A stretch of DNA of 63,254 bases, filler included, from Aduncisulcus paluster (Eukaryota): the NCBI GenBank assembly GCA_024181965.1. It is 4 parts of 4 records of this genome, joined end to end, with 100 filler letters (N's around TTAATTAATTAA, not from the genome) between each part and the next. Parts side by side here need not be neighbours in the genome. Positions count along the whole stretch, not along the records: positions 1 to 25,922 come from BQXS01012717.1; 3 more parts are not named here. One strand, 5' to 3'. This document shows, piece after piece, positions 12,601-25,343 of this stretch; the stretch's first letter is position 1, and each line of letters opens with the position of its first letter. Position numbers and translations under genes: made by a program. The notes under the pieces were generated by a model. The model searched no databases, was not told the origin of the DNA, and worked only from the letters and a program-made list of their open reading frames with translations.

Positions 12601-15600
12601 ATTTCGAGGGTTTTGAACCAAGAATGAGGAAAGAAAGGTAGTTATTCGAAGAACACATTCTTGAGGAAGAGATTGAAGAATGAAGTTGCCCACCACTCTT
12701 TTTTTCTTCTTCTTCTTCTTCTTTCTCATCTTTCTCATCTTTCTCATCTTTCTCATCCTGAGAAAAAGCTTCTTTTTTCCTCAAAAGTGATGAGCATTCG
12801 GATTCAGAGGAACAAGTGGAGGATGAAATCGAACACGGGAAAATACCAGTATGTGCTAATTTTAGAATCAATAGTTTCTCAAAGGTTTCAAGAGGGATTG
12901 TGAGAAGATGAAATAACAATATTGAAACATCTCGGATCTTGGCAACTTTTTTATCTTCAATCTTTGCCGTTGGCAATATAGATTGACGAAGAGATTCAAA
13001 TTCTGGTAAATCGTGAATTGTTTTCCTCGCAAAATCGAGATATTCATGGAATTTTGAGGTGTTATAACTTCGGTCGATCGCTTGTTTGAAGGATAAAAAT
13101 ATAAAATCAGTTTGTTTGGTTGTTCCATTTTTATCATTTTTATCAGTATCATTTCTAGAACTAAATTTCCTGAATTTCTCAATTGCAATATCCAAAAATA
13201 CAATAAACCAATGGACCATTTGGAAAGATGTAAAAATGTCAAATACTGAAAATGTTGGAACTTGTGTGACAAAAAATGGAAATACAAATGTCGGATGGAT
13301 ATATTTCTGCAATATTTTGATGTTGTTCAGTATTATCATTTTTGGATACAACGTAAAAGCTGTGAGCTGATGTATTATCTGAATATTAGAATTTGAATTA
13401 CTTGAAGAGGATTTCGAAATCCATTTTGGCTTAATATTTGCTCCACTTGGACTTCCAGACGACTGTTGCTCATTTCCAACATTATTATTTTTTGTTTTAT
13501 CCTCACCTTTTGCATATCGAATATTTCTAAAAATAGAACTTTGAGAATAATATAGGTTTTGGGATGAAGCCCAATTTTGAGATCTCATTGTTCTTGTTGT
13601 TGGAGTAGTTTTGGGAAGGCGATATTCGGATCTATTTTTAGAATCGGTGTGTCGCCCTCCTCGGTCACCTCTATTCCCATGAATTGATGATGTATCCACT
13701 GAAGAAGCGAGACCAAGAGGAAGAGTTCGATTCGTCTGAGGTCTTGAATCAGAAGACAAAAAATATCTGCGAAGAGGAAACAATTGGAACAGGTCCATTT
13801 TTGGAACAGATGAATCAAATATATATGTTGATTTGATATGCGAAAGGTTTAGAGTTCGAGAATTCTTTAACATAGATAGGATAATAAAAGTAAATACTGC
13901 GAGGCGTCTTAATTCAGAATATGGATATTCTTCTCGATTTAATACATAAAAATGTGCTTCAAGTAAGCGATTACAACAAAGAATTGTTGGGAAAAGCAAT
14001 GTTAGATCAAAATCAAAGCGAATAACATGTGTCCAAAGATCAAAACACCAATATTGAAGGTTTTTGAGGGCAAATGCGTATGCCATGGATGTTTTTTCTT
14101 CTTTCGTAAGGGAGAAATAGCCCAAAAGATGATAAATAGGGTGACTAACAACCACTAATGATACATTTTTGGTGAGATCATTGTTGTTTATAGTTGAACC
14201 AATCGCTTGACCACCTCCTCCCCCATTTCTATTTTTAGAATTCTGAGAATATGAGGATTGATGAAGAGAATCATGATATTGATAATTGTCATGAGGATCA
14301 TTCGAAGAAGAAGAGGCATGTGAATAACTTTTTCTCTGTTTTGCAAAGAATTCAATTCTTCTCCTTGCAAAAACCCTTGCTTTGAGGAATTTTTGGATGG
14401 ATAATTTGTGTTGAACGAGCATTTCACAAACTTTGGCAAAATTAGAAATTCCTGATGACATTATAAACCATTCTGGATTCATTTCGAGCTTCAATTCTTC
14501 TTGATTCAATCTGATCATTTCAGGTAATAAATCATAAATAATAGTATGGTTGTCGTAATAAAAAACGGCATCAGGGAGTAAATGTAAAATTCTTTTCATG
14601 TAAAACAGCATCGTGTCTGGGACTTGTCCACATCCTAAAATTAGATTTTGAGTAAGATCTGAGAATTTATGGCTAAAAATATGATCAACTTTCTTAATGT
14701 CGGTGCAAAAACCATGACATGTCGGAACAAAATGATCGATACAGTACAAAAATATGAATAACTCCCATACGACTTCCAGCTCAATGGTGCCAAGTTGTGT
14801 GTCGATTAGCAAGAAATATAATCGTTCCATTAAAGTTGGCAAAAAACTTCTAATTATTCCCAAAACATCACAATTTTGATTGATATGTGATGAAAATACA
14901 TTATTGGACCACGGTGTAAAATCTCTGTCTCTGTTTTTGTGTTCTGGATTTGTGCTTTGTGTTTTCTTATCTTCTTTTGAAGAAGAAGAGGAAGAAGAGG
15001 AGGAAGAGGAAGAAGAGGCTTCAGGTTTCTTAGATTCTTGGTAATGATGAGAATTGAATTGATTTTTTCTTCTCCGCGAGCAGGACATCTTGGAACATTG
15101 GAAATGAGAAGATTGTAGTTCGTGATGTTCATTCTGTTGTTCTTGCTGAAAACAGACTAAATCACAGGGGTCAATTGAATGAAGATGAACTTTCAAATTA
15201 TAATATTTATATTCACAAAAATAACATTTATCGGAAGAGAATCCAGACATTTGAGTTTCAAAGTTTTGATCCTGATGGTATCTGAACATATTGTGATTGA
15301 ATTCACGATTTGTATGTGCTAAAATTTGGAAAACATCTCGAAGAGTTTTTGAGGCTCTAACATTTTGTTTGCCAGCTTGCATATTTGAAGCTGAACAAGA
15401 ACAAGAACAAGAACAAGAATATGATGAAGATGATGGACATTGTTCTTGTTCGTATTCATGCGTTTTATCATCATGAATAATACTACGAGAACGATGAGAA
15501 CGATGAGAATGTTCCGATGAGAGATGAGAAACGGGATGTTCTATTTTAGGACGGCCGTGAGAAGAAGACTGGGGGGGGAGGAATGGAGGATGATCCTGAT

Positions 15601-18600
15601 GATGGTGAGAATGTTCTATTTTTGGACCATGGCTATGATGAGAACGATGACTACAATGACAATGACCTTTGTCATGTTGAATAACTCTCAGCTTATCAAC
15701 CTTTTTTCTTGAATGGTCATTATCTATCTTTTCGAATTCAACATCTCTTTTCTCTTTCCTTCCTTCCTTCCTCATGCTATTTCGAGATTTGTTATGAATA
15801 TGCCATTTATACTTATAAATAGAACCAAACGACGAGAAAGATTTCCTTCTTTTCCTTCCACTTTCTTTATGTTTATGATAGTGCTTTTGATAGTAACGTT
15901 GCTTCTTTTTATGATGCAAAAGAATTATCCTATTCCGTTCTTTTTCAGCCAAATAAGATTCCTCACCTATTTCGCTTTCCCGAGAGGATGTTCTGCCTTC
16001 AAATTTGGGGAAGCAGCAAGCTATAAATAGATTTCTGAGTGCAAACAGGGAGATGGAGCGCACATTCGGCAAACTACAGATTAAACCCATTTGGAGAATA
16101 CTTAAAACACGAGAAATGAGAAAGTCTGAGGTATTTTTAGGATTAAACAGAGAAATCAGTGTCAAGAGAGCATAGTTATTTTTAGCAGAAGGGTGAAATT
16201 CTGAATAATTGAATAAGAAGTGAGAAATAAGAGGAAGTATCGGGAACAATGGAAATATCTCGGTAATAATACTCTCGCTTTGAGAAGCTATATGAGTCAC
16301 AAACGATATAACGAATCGATCAAATTCATTCATAAGTAGAGATCTCTTCATAAATAAACACGCGTCTTCAACCATGGAAGGACCGTGAATATCCATTGGT
16401 TTCGAATGGAGAGATCTGTAATAAAGGTTTGGATACTCGTAGGAAAAAACCAGCAAAACATATGTTCTAAAAATATGGACTTCATTGTACAACTGTTTGA
16501 TGTTTCTCAGAATAATATCAATTTTATACTCCTGTTGTTTAAATTTCCTCCATTTTTGTATTCTTCGCTTCGTGAGAGTTGCTGGCGTCAGAATCTTTTC
16601 CCTATGGCGAAGACTAATGGTCGGGTTTTTAAATTCATAGTTGTGAAAAGAAGAAGAAGAAGAAGAAGAAGAAGAAGAAGAAGAAGAAGAAGAAGAAACC
16701 AAAGAAGAGGATGTGGAAGAAGAAGAAGAATAGGAAGAATAAGACATTGAAGACATTGATCTTGTTGAAGGAGATGTGGAATGGTTATCATCATCGATGG
16801 AAATTGGACTCTTCTTTGCTGTTGAAGGCAAAGGTGAGTGAGAATCTTGTTCTGGCGGATTGATAGGACGATCTTCATCTTGCTCATGTTCTTGTCTTGA
16901 TTGCACGATTTGAAGAGGAGAAAGCGGAGAGACTGAAGCTTGATGGGAAGTATGAATGGTACTAAATGAATGTGAATGATGATGACAAAGGAGATCTTCA
17001 TGATTGGGTTGTTGTTGAAAATGTTGAGAGTGACTTCTGGGTGAAGAGTGATGGTTCTTATGTTGCTTATGTTCTTCATTTTGTTCCGATTCCTGATGAT
17101 TCGCTTCAAAGTATATTGAAGATCTTTTCTTGGCAGATTTCTTGATACCATTTTGGGGCTGAGTTTGGAAGTTCTTTTTTAAGGTCCAACAAGATAGTGG
17201 AATAGTGTAATATAGTTTTTTCCTCGAATAACATGAAAATATTCCATCGATATCAAGAAAATGAACAAAAGAGAATATTTTTCGATGCATGAGGTCACAT
17301 TGAACACCATTGTCGTGGTGATGGGCAAATCTATCACACATAATTTGATTGGATTCTTCAAGGAAATATTTTGTCATACTATAATCCAATACATCGATCT
17401 GAAAAGCTTTTGGTCGAATAAATTTGGTGAAGCTTGAAGCGAGAGTACCCAATCGATATAAAACATTTTTTTTGCAATTTAAGGGAACTAATTTGGCCAT
17501 AGGAAAAACTATATTAACGATAATTCGAATACAGTTTTGAATTTGGCGCATATTATGAATTAGACGAGAATTATTGAAAGCAAAGAAATATAATTCAAAA
17601 CAGTTTAAAAAACTACAAATTATACCATAAACGGAACGTTCTAATATAGATCTTCGAGTAAGTAACCTTTCCTTGAAGAATTGAATAGATTCATTATCAT
17701 ATACGGTAGTTTTGATAATTAGTCTTGAACAATGCTGAATTATTCTTGATTGAACCAGTTCTTTCGCAAATTCTATTCCATTTTTAGAATTGCTATTTTT
17801 AGAATCATCATCTTGACCCTGAATATCGGTGCAGATATCGGTGCGGGTGTGGGATTTCAAACATGTCTTCTTTTCTCCTTCCTTTCCTTCCTTTCCTATT
17901 TCTTTTCCTTTTTCTCTTCTTTTTTCTCGAGATTTTGAGCCAAAAACAGGAGGTGGCGTAGCAATTATCTTCCTTTCCTTCTCAGAAACAGAATCTAACA
18001 TCGATATAATGTCACAATGAAGCATTCCATGGAAGAAATAATTAAGATAATTGTCAATGCTAAGAGAAAATATCTCGAAGAAGGTAAAATAACAAACATT
18101 TCGAATGTAGGATGACACGCGACAACCAATTTCAGCAGCGAAAAGAGGGAGTTTACAACCAAAAAGAGTGACAGATCTTCTATTTCTATTTATAGATCCG
18201 GTGTTTCTATTTATAGGTTGTTCTGAAGAATGATTAACACCGATATAGCGGTGAGCGAGAGGACTCGAGCTATTCAGATTGTCATTGTCGATTGATGTCC
18301 GAGGAATATGAAGCATATCTATATATAGAGTATCTAAATATAGAAGTTCAAAATCCCCCATCAGTTCGATTGCTTGGACAGTATTCATACACATATATTT
18401 GATAAGTCTAGAGAAAACGTTGTAAAAAATGCTGGGTTTTGAAATAGATGTATATTTTCGAAATTGTCTAACATGTGATTTCACTGCTGACAAAAATGTG
18501 GTCCTAAACTTAAATCCATGGCCGTGAGTTTTGATCATTCTTTCTCTTCCGATGGATAGGGCGAGACAAGTCAAAACAATTCCATTTAAGATATATCCCT

Positions 18601-19124
18601 CCTCAATTTTCATAAAACCTTTGGAACAAAAATCATCAATAGTACTAATAAATGAATCGGGGTATATTGCATTCGATTGAAATGAATCGTTTCCGCGAGC
18701 AAAAGGAGGAATTAGACAAGCTCTGATGAATTCTGAGCCCAAAAGATACATAATCTCGAAATGAGTAATTCTCTGACAAAACGACCGAACGAGATAACGA
18801 ATAAAATGTGTGTCATTTGAGAAATACAGAACAGAAATGCGAATAATCTTGATTAACACCCGTTTATAAGCCAAATACATATCACGGTCCACTCTTGGCT
18901 TTCTTTTTTGTTTAATCCTATCTTTCTTCTCATTCTTTTCTTTCTTTTTCTTGTGATTGCCAAGAATAGAATTTTGTTGAAACTTTGATGAAATTGATAT
19001 TTTCTCTTTCTTTCCATACTCAAGGCCCGACGATTGCTCACCACTTGCAATTAAATAACAATTCTTTGTATTAATGGCATATCGGAGTTTCTCACGTTCT
19101 TTCTCTTCTTCTTCCTCCTCTTCC

Positions 19125-19155
<31 letters not shown>

Positions 19156-22100
19156 TTTCATTGGGTTCATCTTCTTTCCTTTTCTTATTCACACTTTTTC
19201 TTTTTTGACTATTGTATTCATCTCGTGTACTTGCTACGAAATAAGAATAATCTTCGGGATTATTTGAGGAACAACTCCGACAAAACATATCATATATACA
19301 ATTACAGACCTCCAACCCCTCTAATATGGCGTAAAGCATCATATAAGAAGATTTATAGAAGGCTTGGAATTGAATAAGTTCATCAAGGAGGGATATAACA
19401 GATAAATCACCCAGGCAGAGAAGACAATATAAACAATACAATTTGAAACAAATGATGGTTCTCGGTTGATGAATTGTTTTAACCTTATCATAAAAATGTT
19501 TAACAATTGGTTTACAGTAAATATAAACGACACTGTTCATGTTAATGAATGGCGAAGTAATGAATTGACAACTAAGAAAAGAGGACAGAGCACGTAATAT
19601 CTGAACAATCGAAAGCTGAGGAAGAGAGAGATCTTCAGGAATTTGAAGAGTTTCAAAATCACATACATAAAGACCAGCGATGGTCCTACCATATTTGAAA
19701 TATGAAATGTCAATATAATTCAACAAATTCCATAAAAAGAAACCTTGTCTTGCCCATTTTTCAAGACCTTGGCCCCATAAGTATGCAAGGGAAAGGAATA
19801 ACAAACCATGTTTCAATGGAGTCGTGCATTGGAGAGAAAGATTATTGGGAGCTCTATTTTTAGAATTATCTTGAGAAACAATTGACGGTGAAGGCATATC
19901 AACATCTGTNNNNNNNNNNNNNNNNNNNNCTGAACAATCGAAAGCTGAGGAAGAGAGAGATCTTCAGGAATTTGAAGAGTTTCAAAATCACATACATAAA
20001 GACCAGCGATGGTCCTACCATATGTGAAATATGAAATGTCAATATAATTCAACAAATTCCATAAAAAGAAACCTTGTCTTGCCCATTTTTCAAGACCTTG
20101 GCCCCATAAGTATGCAAGGGAAAGGAATAACAAACCATGTTTCAATGGAGTCGTGCATTGGAGAGAAAGATTATTGGGAGCTCTATTTTTAGAATTATCT
20201 TGAGAAACAATTGACGGTGAAGGCATATCAACATCTGTCATATCCTGAATATTTGCTGTTGGATTTGTTTTGAATGCTAATTGATGATTACAATTAATGC
20301 GATAAATGTGAGGATAGTTACTCTCAGTTGAACGGCAAGAGGGTCTTAAATATTGAGAAAATACTTGCAAAAATATTTGAATTTGAAGTCTATACTTTGA
20401 CTCTGGTGGAACATTATACGTAGAAAAAGAAGAGAGAGAAGAGAGAGAAGAGAGAGAAGAGAGAGATGATGAAGTCAAGGATGATCGTAAAGTCCATGGA
20501 GGAAGATAGTTCAAATGAAAATCGAAAGTTGGATGTGCATAAGCAGGAAATGGAAAATGAAATGAGGAATATGAATAACAAGATGGTGCAATAAAGTATA
20601 ATAATGGGTGTTGTGGATCATTATTGAATAACAACCAATCAGTGTGGAATAACTCATCAAGATAAGAATTTCCAGTAGACATTATTGGTGTTTTTGTTAA
20701 TGAACTTGAACTCGGCATCATGATATCCTCCTCTTTCTTTCTTTCTTCTGCCTTCACATTTTTCTGCAACAATGAACACGGAAGTGAATGACAACCCATT
20801 GTAGAAATCTTTTCATATATTTCTAACTCAATCTCTCCAACTCTTTGATGTCGCATTAATAAAGCACGATGAAGATAAGAAGCAACATAACGATGTTTGA
20901 ACTTCCATTCGGGTCGGATGACATAACTTCTCAACTCTCCAGTCAAATCGAGGAATATTGGTTGTCCAAGAACAATATATAACAAAGCGAATGAGATTTT
21001 GACAATGTCGTTATAAGAACACATTGATATGATACGTTTCAATGTCGTGATGTTGATGATATTTGTAGCTGAGTGATGGCGCAAGGAATAATGGTGGAAT
21101 GGAAGGTATAAAAGATGGTTAATATGTTGGCGTTGATTATAAGAGGTCACATTCTTCAATAAACTTGAACAGGCAAGCCATGCAAGTATTGCAGGACTCA
21201 AATGGGAGGAAGAAGCGGAGGAGAAACGAAGAGGAGAAAATGTTGAAAGAGGGGAAGGGTATTTATCTTTCTTCTCGTTCTTGATGTCTGATCGTGAAGT
21301 TTCCTGTGTTTTGTCAACAACTCTTTCTTCCTTTTCCTCCATTTCTTCCTCTATTTCCTTTTCTTTTTCTTTTTCTTTTTCAATTTCTTTTTTTCCAGAT
21401 TTAGTTGGAGAAGAATCAGTAAATATAGTTCTGTCGTGAACATGACATGGACTATCATTCATCGAATCGGTGGATGATTCGGAACATTCTTTTTGATCTA
21501 ATTTAATAAACTTTTTTCCTCGAAATAAAAGAATAAAATTCAGAATTTCGATGGGAGATTGGCTAAGGAGGACATATTCTACAAGACATAAAGGAACGGG
21601 GAAAGAATATGTTCCAAAAATAGTTGTTGAGAAGAATGGTTGCATATGGCAGACGATTTTGGAGGCTTTCTTAAACAAACAATCAGAATAAGTATGGATA
21701 TCACCGTTTGTCAATATTTCTTGAATCAAACGACCACACTTACAAGGGAAATTTTCAAGACAATACCAGAGATTTTTTGCCTTCGGATGGGGAGGTTTAT
21801 ACATATAAAAGGGGATTTGTTCGATTTTTATCGGTATATGATGAGATTTGAAAAATAATACTAAATTAGAAAGCAGAGGAGGACCAAATGTCGCTTCTAT
21901 CCAATCTCTCGTATTCCATGGGACCTTAGAATCCATGATTTCCTCAACAATATCATAACACAGTGGATCATTTTGTGCGACTCTTTCAATATAACGCCAA
22001 CGATTTCTTGTACGTCTAGCTTGAATAAATTTTCTCGGAAAATGAATTGAAATGAGGATTATCATTCTTATTGTTTGTTTTATATCATCTAAATAAGTTG

Positions 22101-22167
22101 GAGACTCCTTACATTGCAATTTATGACACAATCTATGGATATTATGAAAATCCAGCAAGTAGCTCAT
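671..22167 (-). CDS. Giant intronless hypothetical protein (about 6,600 aa once artefacts are removed); hydrophobic helical blocks alternate with Ser/Glu/His/Lys-rich low-complexity inserts
   Basis: ORFs 19813-22167, 10394-19897, 8098-10410, 7229-8089, 3488-6967, 2440-3549 and 671-2584 abut or overlap on one strand. Each junction is either a duplicated block (19910 gap, 7343 gap, 2043-3358) or an indel at the edge of a (GAA)n tract (about 10478, 8130, 3512). Repairing them gives continuous readings such as SSSNISVPQTTKTSSSIPQSKPKLRCYRDSL and KRKGIPSQTCHPLFRRTLQRITERRMRASRD. Confidence 0.7.
2043..3358. repeat. Three near-identical 390-470 bp tandem copies within the giant gene (probable assembly artefact)
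   Basis: The peptide LNYCSMFCYDLRK...SLIHSFS appears three times with identical DNA. Confidence 0.85.
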
Positions 22168-22772
22168 AATTGTTCAATCAAACGAGCAAATAAAAAAAAC
22201 AAATTATGAATATTGTTATATCTGCCGTGCTGAGAACAAAGAAACAAAACATTCTTGTCAAACGAACTTGGATTGAAATTGACAATTGAGAGCGTCTATT
22301 TCATAAAACGGTGATAAAACAAGATTAAGGCATCTATAATATTCAATATTAGATGTTTCTATTAAACAAAGTTTTTTAGAATTCAAAGAAAACAATTTTT
22401 CCGGAAAACACCAGTTCCTGATAAGTAATCCGAGATAGAACAATAAATTATGATTTAATGTATAATGAAACATCAATTTCAGCATTATTATGTTTATTTA
22501 AAAATCGAATCCATAATTTTCCGTTTTGGACCCAATCACAGTAGATCCAGGATTTATGGCAAATATTTTTTCGTGAAATATTATTTTCCATTCGTCTCTA
22601 GTCAGTGAAAACAGAGGTAATCTCGTGCAATTATTGCCAATGACGCAGTTCGTGTCATCATGACAAGTCTGTTTGTCAATCCGTTAATTTGTATCTTCTG
22701 CCGAACTATTTCCATTCTTCTCAAAGTTTATTTGTGTTGTTTGAGTCCATATAAATATCGATATCAATATTC

Positions 22773-25241
22773 ATGTCAGATCGATTTCTACAGTCCTCCA
22801 GAAGAAAGGAAATAGATGATCCATATTTCAAATCACATACGTATGTTAAAGAATATGCGAGTACAAAAAAAGGTTTTTCTGAAAAGAAATCGAAAGTTAC
22901 CCCTGGTGGTAATTCCATAGATATGATGACTACTCCAATTCAAGATCCTGAAGAATATTCACCTCCTCCCTTCAGGCAAATTGATTCAAAAATATCTGAC
23001 GAATATAAACAAGATTTATTTTATGATGCATATTGGCAAACAGCCCGTCTATTCTTTGAAAGGGTAAATTTGACTGCACAAGCCCAACAAAAGTTATTAA
23101 AACAAAATTATTCGGCATATTGGACACATCTCACGTGGTTATTTCTATGTGGTCTCGTTGTGGGCTTTCTGGTTTTTTATTTATGGCTTCGACATTTGAT
23201 CATTCCTATCCTTGAGTTTACTACATATGGATTCTTCGTGTTCTTTACATTAGAGTATATTTTGGCAATAATTGCATTAAATAACGCCCAATATCCGTCC
23301 GCTCCACCTCTCCCTGAAAAAATTCTTCCCCCTGGAAAAGTGGGTTTTCTTATTGCTGTTGGTTGGGGCACAAGTGGTCTTTCTGAGGAACAACGTGTGA
23401 AAGCTCGTGATGAGAAACTTGATGTTCTCATTGACACCATTAAAGCAGCTCAAAAAATCGTACCCACATGTGATATATATATAATCCACAATAGTGCTGA
23501 TCCAACTGTGGTCCCCGATGATAAATTTGAGTCAACTCTCTGTGGACAATGCATATATTGCCCTCTTCAACTCCCAGGTAAATCAGTTGCCGTATTATTT
23601 GGCTCAGTTCTCCTCAAGCATCTTCAATATTCCCATGTTGTTGTCTTGGACGACGATACCCGTGTTCCAGCTGAAATGCTTGCTGATTTCTCAAGGCCTT
23701 TGCTTGCCGCAGCGTATGCACCCACCATTCGAGCTCAGCTTGAAGATGAAGAAACTGCAACTATGGGACAAAAATTGTTAGTCGGGTTACAAGACATTGA
23801 ATATAAATTATCTGATTTACAAAAACTCGCTCAAGACCAATGGACATCACGATCGAGTGTTTTAGCTCCCCATGGTGCTGTTAATGTCTGGCGCAGTGAT
23901 GTTCTCGTCAAGATAATGAAAGATCACAATGGAGTATTTGATGGTGAAGACTATCAGATGGGTAAATTGCTACGAATTAATTACCCGGATCAAAGACTTC
24001 GTGTAATGTCTTCTGCTCCTGTCTGTACAGTTGCACCGAGTGACTGGGGAACTTTGTTTCGTCAACGTAAGAATTCATGGGATCTTGCTTCACATCAGAT
24101 GATGTGTGGTGGGTTATGTGCAAGTCAGGACACTGCATTCTTTTGGCACGTATTGTGTTGTTCTGCATGCAGTGAACGTTCAGGGATGGATAGTGGTTTG
24201 GACAAGCAATCTATGATCAATGCAACACAAGTGGCCTCTCAAACAACAGCCCAGATGGTTCAGCAAGTGCATGACTCGACCGCTGCGGCTGTAGAATATG
24301 CCGCCATGAGAGGAACATCCCCAAAATCGCTTGCTCTGATTGCAGCTCAAACAGCCTCACATGCTACAGCTATATACCAGAAAGAATCGATAAAAGTTCC
24401 TTTACTTGACGATACTCCAGATAACGAGCCCGGAGATTCGGGATTTATGGACACCTTTTTAATACGAATAGTAACTTTGATGGATATTTGGATTAGCATT
24501 CAAGATTATATCAGATTCCCAATATTATCTCTATATATAATGACTGCATTCAGAGAAAAAAAAGTGAATATTCTGGTGTCTGTTTTGTTTGTAATCACTT
24601 TTGTAAGCCAAACATTACTGGCCCTTGTGTTGAATTTTGTTAAGTTAAGAGACAAACCAAAATATCGGATGAAATCGAATTCTCTTGCCATTTTTACTGC
24701 TATTATTCTGCCATTTTATAGGTTTATTCTTTCTTTCATTCGAGTCTTATCGCTTCTCCGATTCTTCGTGAAATATGATGCCATCAGCAGAAGTTCAGTG
24801 CCTTTCAAACAGTTACACTTGGACTTCCCAGCAAGAGACCCAGCTATATTTGGAAAAGTCGATGAACTTGAGAAACTCGGAACCTTTGAAGCAGAGCAAT
24901 CAACAATCACAAAAGCAGCTTCCTCAGAAATGGCTTCTCAGTTATCGGCACATTCGGCATCTGTGAGATCTCGTTATATACCATCTCTTTCTGTTTCAAC
25001 AGATTCATGCCGAATGAGCAAGGATATTTCAGATTCAGCATCTTTCTCTCGGCTCTTGCATTCAATTCACTTGCGATCTACTCATATGGAAATGGACAGT
25101 ACATCTTCCTCTTCTTCTTCTTCATCAATGGAAAACTCTGCCATCCTCTCAACAATGGAAGATGTTCGAGGTGCTATGGCACAAATAAGAAAAAGAAGAG
25201 AGAAGAAACAACTAAAAATGGGAAGTGGGAAGAAATTATGA
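22773..25241 (+). CDS. Processive membrane glycosyltransferase family 2 (chitin/hyaluronan/cellulose synthase-like)
   Basis: Two N-terminal TM helices; VVVLDDD (DxD); LQDIEY; APHGAVNVWR; FDGED; TVAP...LFRQRKNSW (QxxRW variant); about three C-terminal TM helices. Confidence 0.85.
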   Translation: MSDRFLQSSRRKEIDDPYFKSHTYVKEYASTKKGFSEKKSKVTPGGNSIDMMTTPIQDPEEYSPPPFRQIDSKISDEYKQDLFYDAYWQTARLFFERVNLTAQAQQKLLKQNYSAYWTHLTWLFLCGLVVGFLVFYLWLRHLIIPILEFTTYGFFVFFTLEYILAIIALNNAQYPSAPPLPEKILPPGKVGFLIAVGWGTSGLSEEQRVKARDEKLDVLIDTIKAAQKIVPTCDIYIIHNSADPTVVPDDKFESTLCGQCIYCPLQLPGKSVAVLFGSVLLKHLQYSHVVVLDDDTRVPAEMLADFSRPLLAAAYAPTIRAQLEDEETATMGQKLLVGLQDIEYKLSDLQKLAQDQWTSRSSVLAPHGAVNVWRSDVLVKIMKDHNGVFDGEDYQMGKLLRINYPDQRLRVMSSAPVCTVAPSDWGTLFRQRKNSWDLASHQMMCGGLCASQDTAFFWHVLCCSACSERSGMDSGLDKQSMINATQVASQTTAQMVQQVHDSTAAAVEYAAMRGTSPKSLALIAAQTASHATAIYQKESIKVPLLDDTPDNEPGDSGFMDTFLIRIVTLMDIWISIQDYIRFPILSLYIMTAFREKKVNILVSVLFVITFVSQTLLALVLNFVKLRDKPKYRMKSNSLAIFTAIILPFYRFILSFIRVLSLLRFFVKYDAISRSSVPFKQLHLDFPARDPAIFGKVDELEKLGTFEAEQSTITKAASSEMASQLSAHSASVRSRYIPSLSVSTDSCRMSKDISDSASFSRLLHSIHLRSTHMEMDSTSSSSSSSSMENSAILSTMEDVRGAMAQIRKRREKKQLKMGSGKKL

Positions 25242-25343
25242 CCAAAATGTCCAGCTGCTTGCCAATAAAGAAATTGTATCCAGGAGTCCTGTATGGACAT
25301 CTCATCTAATTGAGTAAATGATCATCTTCTCAACTGATTGATG

